From Octopus sinensis (taxonomy: Eukaryota): a DNA stretch of 64,000 nt. The stretch is from the NCBI RefSeq assembly GCF_006345805.1, contig NC_043015.1, forward strand, positions 39,432,001-39,496,000, read 5' to 3'. The notes beneath the pieces were generated by a model. It was given only the letters and a program-made list of their open reading frames with translations. It was not told the origin of the DNA and made no database searches. How positions within the stretch are numbered: position 1 is the stretch's first letter; every line of letters begins with the position of its first letter. A program made the position numbers and the translations under genes. Below are positions 24,401-36,393 of this stretch, one piece after another.

Positions 24401-27089
24401 TATCTTAATGATTAATTATGGCGAAGAAAGACAAGCAGGCAACCCCAGAATTTAATTAAGATTAATTAAAAATATTAAATAGGGGTGGTTGGTGTGTGTG
24501 TGTGGGGGGGGGGGAGTAATTTACGTTGGTAAAATGTTAATAAAGATAATTTGTCTTTGATTTTATTCCTTTTAAAGAATTGAATTCTTCAAGCAAAATA
24601 AAATTTCACAGGCAATAAATTTCATGGTTGTGGTACTTTGTCAGAGTAGGGATTACTCTGGTCATGTTTTGGTTTTATTGTACCTCATCAGTGAAACCCT
24701 GTCTATCTAACTGTTATCATCAGAACACTGAATGGCTTTTTCTCTTTATATATATATTTCTAGCAAGGACACAGCTTATAATACTGTTCTGTGTATGTCG
24801 GACCTTTTTCTATGTAAACTTTGGATGTAGACATATATATATTTTTTGCATTTTGTGTATTTAATATACTTTATTATATATTGATCTGTCTAACTTGTTT
24901 TCCTTTCATTTACTTCTCTACCCACTCAATTTTAAATCTCTTGAGCACTACTAAATATTCTATACAGAGAACATCTGGCGCTTATTATCTATGAACTATG
25001 ATATATTATTAAGTATATTAAAACTTTACTAGTCAATATTGTGACTTTTTGTGTTAGCAGTGTGATGTTTTCATTTCTTTAGCTTAACTCTTGCAAGTTA
25101 CAATGCTTCGTATACAAATACATCTATGTAAACAATGCAATTGACAATAGAAAAAAATATGTAATGGATGTATATACATGTTTCGAGAGTTATTGTTCTT
25201 TCATCAGCACCACATCCAACCCATTCAATTATCCATGAATGCATTGCTTAAATACCCATACTTAAATATGTTTAGCAGTGTAACAGTGTTGGACAGACCA
25301 ATTTACATATTGAACATATATTAAATGTGTGTGTATGACAGAGAGCAGATGTCTGCTGCTCATTCATGTACTGTGTTTATGTGCTATGTTGTGATTTGTT
25401 GTCATTAGTTGATCTTGTTTAACACTTTCGTTACCAACCCAGCTGAAACCAGCTCTGGCTCTGTAGTACAAATATTTTGTTTTCATAAGTTTTGAATTAA
25501 AATCTTCCACCAAACCTTAGTCACAATTTATGTTGCTGACACTAGCTTAATGATAACGAAGTTATTTTACTAAATTCTTTGTTATATTTAAAATAATTGA
25601 GAGAAAAACAGAGCATCTCAAAATAAATACGGTAATGAAAGGGTTAACCCTAGGTCAATTCTGATCAAGCAGACATATGTTCAAAGATATTCCAGCAATC
25701 ACTATTTTGTTTTTAGACATTGTATATCTATGACAATATTATCCAATGTGTCCTTCATTTTCTTAAGACAAATGATATAATTCAAAGGAGATTTGGTTCA
25801 TATTTCTAGCACATTAGTCATATATTGCATCTTTTGCAGCTCATTATTGGAGCATGTTGAATGAGGATAAAACCTTGTCCACAATTGTGTAGTCAACACT
25901 ACAGTGATGATGATGATGATGATGAGGTTTTGACCATCCATATCGTAAATCTTGTCATTAAATCTTGGTTCCATTGATTGTTGTTTGATGTAATGTCTTT
26001 GATCCCATTTCAGCTGATGCCTTTCTTTGTAACCCAAAATACGTCCAAGCTCTTCTGATCTGTCTGAATGCCATCGAACATAACAAGGTGACACTTCTGG
26101 CAGACATCGATCCGGCTCTTGTAAGTCCTTTTCATTCTTCCTTAATGGCCTTTTTTAAGTCACTATATAAATTTTATAATCAGTTAGGCGTAATTAAGAC
26201 ATTAAATATTTTACTAACATTGTTATATTTCGGAATGGTCATTTTGCCAGTTTAGCCAATAAAAACACACGCACTATATATTTGGTGTTACTTTGCTTCA
26301 GTGTTATTTGTATTTTACATTAATCTTAATCTTATTTTGGCCAGAGTTTTTTCGTCACACTCCTGTGACTGCATCAGTGGTCCTTTGTTTTCTTCTCACT
26401 TATTTGTGTCTCTCCTTACTAACCGTCAGCCATATATAAACGTACTATTTTACTAACCATCTACGGTAATAGTTTATTGCTAAAAATAGGTATTACAAAC
26501 TATTAATATGATTAGTAGGTGAATGAAGGATGTTCCTGTATTATTTTAACAAATATGCATCAGAGTAAAATAAACGAATTGACCAGCAATACCAGGAAAG
26601 TGTGGGTTATTCCCAGTTTCCGTTTACCATTACTCTGTTCCATGTCCTATCCCATTTCCTGTTCAGTTCCGTCTTTACGCCTATCGTTTATTGTAATAGT
26701 TCATTGCTAAAAATAGGTATTACAAACTATTAATTCGGTTAGTGGGTGAATAAGGAATGCCCTTGTATTATTTTAGCAGATGAATATGCTTCTGGGTAAA
26801 ATTAAATTAAATAGATTTTACAAATACATTGACAAATAGTCCGCATATTGTAGCTGGCATTGTTGTGTGTTGTAGCTTATTGTAGCCTGGCCATATCTCA
26901 TGTTGTGCGATAAAAATGATTGTGGCTGTGGGGTAAGTACCTTGCTTACGAACTACATGGTTCTGAGTTCAGTCCCACTGCGTGGCACCTTGGGCAAGTG
27001 TCTTCTACTATAGCCTCGGGCCAACTAAAGCCTTGTGAGTGGATTTAGTAGATGGAGACTGAAAAAAGCCCGTTGTATATATGTATATG

Positions 27090-27142
<53 letters not shown>

Positions 27143-29564
27143 ATGTTTGTGTGTGTGTGTTTGTCCCCCCCAACATCGCTTGACAACCGATGCTGGTGTG
27201 TTTACGTCCCTGTAACTTAGCGGTTTGGCAAAAGAGACCGATAGAATAAGTACTAGGCTTACAAAGAATAAATGCTGGGTTCGATTTCTTTGACTGAAAG
27301 GCTCTTAATGGCAGTGCTCCAGCATGGCTGCAGTCAAATGACTGAAGCTAGTAAAAAAAAAAAATTTTATTTTCTCATTTTTCTTTTCTGATATCCAACA
27401 ATTCTTTCGTTTGGATAATTTTTTAAAATCTTAAATTTGTGATTCACTTATTAAACTTTCATTTACCATCCTTTTGGTTTTTGGTTTCAATTCTTCAGCT
27501 GACACTGAGAAGTAAAGCCCCTGAACACAGGATCTGTACTAGCTATCCCGTCCTAGGGAACCAGTTTTCAACTATGGAGAGAACAAAAGTCGAAAAGTCC
27601 CCACCTTATGCCTCCCCGAAAAGGGCTCGAGCAATGCTGAGTGTTTCACATGAGCAAGCCATACCCATACGTAAGTATTGAATCAAAATAATACATTGAA
27701 CTACTTGAATTTGTAGCTCCATCAAACCCCAAATGCTAATACAGCACACAGTAGATGTAACAGAAGGGGGGAATTATATTTTTATGCTGATTCCTTCCTT
27801 CTAAAATTGAATTTTATTTCAATTTGATAATTCTTTAATCTCTTCATAAATTATTTCCTAAAAATTTTAACCAATTCCAACCAATCTGATGTCTTCTTTT
27901 TGAAAGTGTTTATATTTGAATTAAAATCTTGATGAAATGAAAATCTCATCACGTGAATGTTATCCTGAGATTCCCGTTTCTCAACAGAATTATGTATTAG
28001 TATAAAGTTTAACACTATCGACCAATCTGTAATGCTATTATATTTATATATTACAATGTACTTCTAATACAGGATAAAATTTTCAAAAAATTTTATCAGT
28101 GGCCAGCATATTAAAAAATACCTTTTAAGGTGAAAATTATAAACAGCTTTACCGCTGATGATGAGAAAATTCTTATGAATTAACTCAGAAATTGGACCGA
28201 TTCGTTAATAACGGAATTTTTTAGAAATTTCTGTCAGCTTGCTTCGAGACGCATGCTTATAGTGAAAGAATTATATGTGGTTATTAACGATTTAAAGTCT
28301 ATTCTCAGCATATTTGGCATAGGAATTTTTTGTCTTTTGCCCTTATTTATAAAGTTATATTACAATGTACATCAATAAATAATGTTATTCTATTACTATA
28401 ATAAATTATGATCTATATTATTATAAACTGCTGCTTAATTTTGTTGCTGTTGAGAATTAATTAAAACACAAACAGTTAACTCATTAAAAACATAACCATG
28501 GTGATGAAAGTTTAGAATAGAAGTTTCAATTAACGTGTTGATGACTTCTAATTCTACAAAGGCTTTCATTGTAATCCTGGGCAAGTCACACCTGTGATTA
28601 GCCTTGACAAAAGGTACATCACTGTAAAAACAACTGCTTTAACACAACACAAGTTAAAAGAGAAAACCTTTTATTCCTCATCTTCTGACATGTAAACCTC
28701 TTTGACCTTCAACCATTGTAAGTTTCTTATAAAATTTTTTTACCTGTTTGATTGTTTTCAGCTAGCAACGAAGGAATCAAAGACAAAGCCAAAGACACCA
28801 TGCGGTATGTCCTGGACCGGTCTGGGACCGTCTCGCCTTCGGAATCACCGCCACAGAGTTTTAGTTTCTATGACAGTATCAACTCTGATCCTCTGTTGAA
28901 CTTTGAATTTGCTGGCGCCAGCAGAAAAGGAGACAGTAACGTTCAGCTGAATCTGTCGACTAAAGATGTCTGTGATGGGCCCTCAAAAGACAGTTTTGAC
29001 CCTGCTGCACTGACTGCTGACAAAAATAAAGGTTTATTCAAGTCTGTGTCCCTAGATGAACGCTCTTGTGACCAAAACACACACCCTGTTGAATCTGCAA
29101 GAAAGACAGAGATTCCTCACCAAAATGTAAATAATAAACTTGAGACCCAACCGGGGATGTCGCAAGTTGTCCCTTCAACTAATCCCCTGTCTGAATACCC
29201 TGGAAACAGCACCAACAGAAAAAACCCTCCACATAAGATCAGTCATAAACGATGCCAGTCAGATGTACCGTTTATTAGAAAAGAACTCAGTGAGATGCAG
29301 AAGGAGAGTGCTTTTAGCAAGAGACCCAGTGTCCATTCTGTTACTTGTGACACGAGATTGCTGAAGAAATCTGGTAAGGAAATCCTGATATCACTGTTTA
29401 CGTCTCTGTTAATTAAAAAAGAGTATTGTGTCTTGTCTGCAAGTGTTGATGTTTTGCTGTGGTCGTATGGAGTAGAGTGACTTGTCTAAGGTTTAACTCT
29501 TTCAATTTCAAATTATTGATAATGTTCTATTGATGAGAATGATGAGTCAGAAAAAACACTAGAT

Positions 29565-29605
<41 letters not shown>

Positions 29606-31960
29606 TTTATAGAGAATGATATTTCATCACTATTAAAGTTCATTATCATCATCGTTTAACGTCCACTTTCCATGCTAGCATGGGTTGGACGATTTGACTG
29701 AGGTCTGGCAAACCAGATGGCTGCACCAGACTCCAATCTTGATCTGGCAGAGTTTCTACAGCTGGATGCCCTTCCTAACGCCAACCACTTAGGAAAGGCA
29801 TCCAGCTGTAGAAACTCTGCCAGGACTTACTTTGATTGACCCATGACATCTCGATATTCATCTCCCCACTCTTTCACACACACACACATACCTGCTGTTG
29901 GCAGTCTCTGTGTCTTATGTCTTTGATTGGTACCTGTAGTCAGTTTCTATTTCTAGCACCTTTGCTTTACACTTTGGGGCTGCTTCAACTTCTCTCAGGT
30001 AAACACTGGTACCTGTGCAAATTACGTGTCTACATAAATGCATGTACTTGTGTCTATGTTTGTTTATATTTTGGCTTCTCTGAAAACTGGAAGCTACCAA
30101 TGGTGGTGGTGGTGGTGTTCATTCTTGTTAATGCCATCTTTGAGCCTTTGAAGTTGTGTAAGAAATCTCTTGAGGTGGTGAGCTGGCAAATGCTTACTGG
30201 TATTTCTTTTGCCGTTATGTTCTGAGTTCAAATTCTGCCGAGGTCCACTTTGCCTTTCATCCTTTCGGGGTCGATTAAATAAGTACCAGTTATGCAATGG
30301 GGTCAATGTAATCAACTTAATCCCTTTGTCTGTCCTTGTTTGTCCCCTCTATGTTTGGCCCCTTGTAGGTAGTAAAGAAATAAGAATTGTTACCATGTTG
30401 GGTGAAAGGCTTAGCAGGACGTCACCCTTTGCTACATTCTGATTTCAAATACCACCAAGGTCAACTTAGCCTTTCATCCTTTCGGGTTCAATAAAATAAG
30501 TACCAGTTGAATACTGGGGTCAAGATAATTGACTTAACTGCTAGGTAAGAGTATTAATAAAAAAATCACTGCACCCTTCTGTCACACTGTTGAGCCATCA
30601 AACCCAGTAAGATCTCAAGCTCAAATTCACGGCCTCCACATCAGATAGACCATGATGGGTGGGGAGAACATGCTGAAGCCTTCATCCTGCAGTGGAATGA
30701 ACATAGCCAATTGAATCCAATCCAAGGAATTACTGAAGGAATCAAGTAAGATTGAGGTGAGAGAAAGGGCATCCAGTTGTAATATAACGATTCAGTAATA
30801 TATTCTTCTAACCCATGCTAGCATGGGAAAACAGATGTAAAATCAATGTCTGTGTGTATCATAGAGAAAGGAGATGCAGTAAAAAGCAGGAACAAACTCT
30901 AGCATGGCCAGGAATAATGCAATGAAATTGTTATAAAAACTCTATAAAATACAAAATTCTGTTTTTTTTCTTTTTTTCTTTTTTTTTGTGAATATTTGCA
31001 AGAATTAGTCTCTTAGATTCTTCTGTTGTAGACTCCAAGAGATGGTCGTTGTCTGTCATTGCCCAGTTTATCATTGACAATGTTTGTTGTTGCTATTTCA
31101 AAGACTCTCTCTCTCTCTCTCTTCCATTTCAGCCACTTTCAACAGTCAACAGTCCATTTGTTGTCCAGATGGTAACTTGGTCCACCCTGTGCCTGGTCAG
31201 TCTCTCATCAGTTTTCTCACTTCTCAAGACTTCAACACCTGTGCCAACTTAGACAGGGTACGTTACTCCATCTCACACATTCTCTCTCTCTCTCCTTCCC
31301 CTCTAATGCACTCTCTCTCTCTCTCCTTCCCCTCTAATGCACTCTCTCTCTCTCCTTCCCCTCTAATGCACCCTCTCTCTCTCTCCCCTATATTCACTCC
31401 CTCCATCTCACTCTCTCACACTGACATTCTCGCTCCTTTCTTCACATACACACATTTGCTTCTCTCTCTTTTTCTCTCATTAACTCCTCTTCTTCCCTCT
31501 CTCTCTCTTGCTCACTAACTCTCTCTCTCACTCACTAACTCTCTCTCTCCTCACTCAGCAACCTCTCTTCTATCTCTCTCTCTCACTCACCCTCTCTCCT
31601 CACTCAGCAACCTCTCCTCTCTCTCTCTCTGTCTCCCCTCACTCAGCAACCTCTCCTCTCTTGCTCTCTCCCCTCACTCAGCAACCTCTCTCTCTCTCTC
31701 TCTACCATTGTTCCCCTTTTTAAACCCAATTCCCAACGATGTTTTTCCCATTTAATAGTTTTCAACAGATTTATTCCACGGTCACTTAAAGGACTTCTCC
31801 ACTCAGGCCTTTGAGTACAACTTAATCCTTTCACATTCGCCCTTTGAGTGCAACTCACCACATCTTTCTTGAGGATTTCTTTGCATTAACTCAAACTGCC
31901 AAGCATTCAATCAAACTGTCTCTCTCTCTTTCTTTCTATCTATCTATCTTTCTCTCTCTT

Positions 31961-32000
<40 letters not shown>

Positions 32001-32780
32001 CTATACATATATTAACATAATAAATTATCCTAGGGAGTCTCTGGACAAAGTGTAGTGAAACCCTGCCTTAAATATATGTTTAATCAATTATATTCATTAT
32101 CATCATCAGCATCATCGTTTAACGTCCACTTTCTGTGCTAGCATGGGTTGGATGAACCAGATGGCTGCACCAGGCTCCACTCTTGATCTGGCAGAGTTTC
32201 TACAGCTGGATGCCCTTCCTAACGCCAACCACTCCGAGAGTGTAGTGGGTGCTTTTACATGCCACCTGCACGAGGGCCGGTCAGGCAGTACTGGCAACGG
32301 CCACGCCCAAATGGTGCTTTTTACATGCTACCTGCACAGGAGCCAGTCCAGCAGCACTGGCAACGACCTCGCTCAAATGTTTTTTCACGTGCCACCAGCA
32401 CAAGTGCCAGTAAGGCGATGCAGGTAACGATCATGCTCAAATGGTGCCAAAAGACAAAAATGTGTTAATTCATATCAAGGAGATCCAAATAGCTTAAAAT
32501 ATAATAGGGATGTGAAATACCCAGTGCGGAGTGAATCTCACCTCTCATATGGTAGTAGCAGTTACGTCCCTTCACATTCTTAATTGGAATCTTGTAGAGG
32601 TCAAGGTGTTTTGTTTCTTTTTTTTTTAATCTTTTTTGTGGGTATCATATTCTGCCGTGGTCTACTTTGACTTTCATCCTTTGACAGTCAATAAAATAGG
32701 TACCAGTTGAGCACTAGGGTTGATTTAATCAACTTGGTCCCTTCCCCGAAATTGCTGGCCTTGTGCCAAAATTTGAAACC

Positions 32781-32812
<32 letters not shown>

Positions 32813-33321
32813 CTTCTCAACTGGGCACTCTTTTTCCATTACCTTTATATTCCTCTTAATACTTTCTGTTACTTATTATCATTATTATTATTAAGGCTGC
32901 GAGCTGACAGAGTTGTTAGCATGCTGGGCAAAATGCTTAGTGGTATTTCATCTGCCGCTATGTTCTGAGTTCAAATTCCACCAAGGTCGGTTAAACAAGT
33001 ACCAGTCACGTAGTGGGGTAGATGTAATCGACTTAATCCCTTCCCCCAAATCTGAGGCCTTTTGCTTCCAGCAGAAAGGATTATTATTATTCTTAAAGCA
33101 GTGAGCTGGCAGAATCATTAGCACGCCGGGCGAAATGCTTAGCGGTATTTCATCCATCTTTACATACTGAGTTCAAATTCCACTAAGATCAAGTCTTCCT
33201 TTCATCCTTTTGGGGGCCAATAAAATAAGTACCAGTTAAGTACTGGGGTTGATGTAATCAACTTGCCCTTCTAAAATTTAGGGCCTTGTGTCTATAGAAG
33301 AAAGGATTATCATTATTATTA

Positions 33322-33359
<38 letters not shown>

Positions 33360-36273
33360 GAATTCCTTGTAGTTCTGTTGTGACGGCTGGGAACCTGAAA
33401 GGTCACTCTCTTGTTTTGCAGGAAAATGCTCATTTTAGCATTTCTGAAATCTTGATTTCTGCCATTGAACAAATGAAATGGAAGCATGTGATATCTCCGC
33501 GGCGGATCTCGGATAACGAGGAAGGTGATTCTGACGAAGAAATACAACACCTCAAGCAGAGGATTCGAATACGGCGCCATGAAAGGATGAGAGAGGTAAG
33601 TGGTGGTGGTGGTGTGGTGGTGGTCTTCAGTTTTTTCTTTTTGTTTTACTGTGGTACCGTGTGTGGTGAGGTGGTGGTGGTGAAGAAGTCTACACAGCAG
33701 CTTCTTATCTCTCGTTTGTTTTGTTCTGTGAAGTTTAAAGCCCTGCCAACTGCTTCATTCAGCTTTCTTTCTCTCTGTTTTTTACTGAGCTATTTTGGTA
33801 TTTTGTGTGTGTGGGTGTGTGTATATCTTTTCCAGTTTGAATAGACACTTCTTCTTTCATTAAGACACAAGATTTCTTGTTCTCCTTCTCCAGCAAGTTA
33901 AACTGAAGCCTCCTGAATTGAATGTATGAAAGACACACAACCACACACACACACGTCCACACATGCACACACATTCACACACACATCTTCACACACACAT
34001 CTACCCATACACACCTGCGCACATACAGATCCTCATACACACACATGTATCCTCACATACATCCTCACACACACACACACACATCTACACCCCCCACATA
34101 CACAGATCCTCACACACATGCACCCCACACACACACACATGCACACATACACATGCACACACAGATATTTATACACTGAAGTTTCTATTTCCTTAATTTC
34201 ATTCCGATTAGTATATGATTTAAGAATTTTCAATAAATCATCAAACGAATATAAATTTCAACAGCTCAGAACATTTAAAAAATATGATCTTTATATTTGA
34301 GAAAAAATATTGCACCTGCAATCATCTTTGATCTTGTTTTTGCATGGCTGTTTGAATCGTTTCCTTATGAACCTGGGTTGACTTGGCTTGAGTCAAGTCG
34401 ACTCAGGTCATCCTAGGTTGACCTCTTTTTGTAAGTTAATAACAAAATATGAAACTGAATAACATTGTTTCCAGATGAATTTCATTATACTTTTTTTTTA
34501 AAAATTTTATTTTACTATTTTTGTGTGTGTGTGGCTGCGTGGCCAAGAAGTTTGCATCCCAATCACATGGTTTTGGTTTCAGTCCCACTTTACAGCACCT
34601 TGGGCAAGTGTCTTCTGCTATCGCCCTGGGCCAATCAAATCTTTGCGAGTGGATTTCGTAGATGGAATCTCAAAGAAGCCCATCATATTTATGCGATGTG
34701 CAGCATACAATAGTTGTAAAGCAAACTTCACTGTCATGTCAGGGATGTCCTTCTTTTCCAGCTTTCTGTGGAAATATGTTCGGCCATGAGGAAGTATTTG
34801 CTTCCTAGGAAACGGGTGAAGGTTGGTGATAGAGAAGGTACTAAGCCATAGAAAATTTGCCTCACCAAATTCTGTCTGACCCATGCTGCATGGAAAAGCG
34901 AAACATAAATAGTGGGGGAAGGGCAGCGAGGATTCGTAACAGAATCATATCTTGAAACCCCTAAACAGAGTCACATAGATTCTCTCCATCACACTGAAAT
35001 AAAACTGTAGATCCGGTTATCAAAGCTACATTTATGGTATAAAGGAACATAGGCGCAGGAGTGGCTGTGTGGTAAGTAGCTTGCTAACCAACCACATGGT
35101 TCCGGGTTCAGTCCCACTGCATGGCACACTGGGCAAGTGTCTTCTGCTATAGCTCCGGGCCGACCAATGCCTTGTGAGTGGATTTGGAAGATGGAAACTG
35201 AAAGAAGCCTGTTGTATATATGTATATATATATGGGTATGTGTGTGTTTGTGTGTCTGTGTTTGTCCCCCTAGCATTGCTTGGCAACCGATGCTGGTGTG
35301 TTTACGTCCCCGTCACTTAGCGATTCGGCAAAAGAGACCGATAGAATAAGTTCTGGGCTTACAAAGAATAAGTCCCGGGGTTGATTTGCTCGACTAAAGG
35401 CGGTGCTCCAGCATGGCCGCAGTCAAATGACTGAAACAAGTAAAAGAGTAAAAGAGTATGTGAGGCTGTTGGCTGTATCTGCACTGATTTGAACTTAGCG
35501 GTGTGGCACAACATACGGGTAACTTTGTTTTTTTACCTCCTGTCCAGAAATAGTCTGTAGGCCTTGCCACAGCTAAGCACCAGCAATGCCATTTGTGTCT
35601 TTAATTATGTGAACTATTTGCCGTGGTCTCTGTTTATTTATACAAGAATCATTTCCATGTCAGCTGTAATGGTCTCCATTAGGAAAGTAATCCAGCTGTG
35701 CCCATCTCTGTGTAAATATTTAAATTTGTCGCTCCATTAAACCCATCCGGAGAAACAGCTGCAAGCAGAACATTTAGAAAGTAAATTCTTCTTTGATTTC
35801 CTGTCATTATCCAAATATTAATTTATTCACAGAAAGCCCGGGAGAGGCCAGCATTCAGTGATGGACGAACGGACAGTAAGTTTCCTTTTAGATATTATTT
35901 GTTTTTTGTTGTTTTTGACATTTTGGTCATCATCATCATCATCATTAAAGCGACAAGCTGGCAGAATTATTAACATGTTGGACAAAATGCTTCGCAGCAT
36001 CTGTTTAGCCTCTTTATGTTCTAAGTTCAAATCCTGCTAAGGCTGACTTTGTCTTTCATCCTTTTGGGGATCAATGAAGTAAGTACCAGTTATGCACTGG
36101 TGTCAGTGTAATCAACTAGCCCCTCCTCGAAATTCAGGCCTTGTGCTTGTTGTAGAAAGGTTTATTTATTATCATCATCATCATCATCATCATTATTATT
36201 ATTATTATTATCATTATTATTATTATTATTTATCATTATTATTATTATTACTATTATTATTTATTATTATTTA

Positions 36274-36313
<40 letters not shown>

Positions 36314-36355
36314 TATTTATTATTATTTATTATTATTATTATTTATTATTATTTA

Positions 36356-36393
<38 letters not shown>

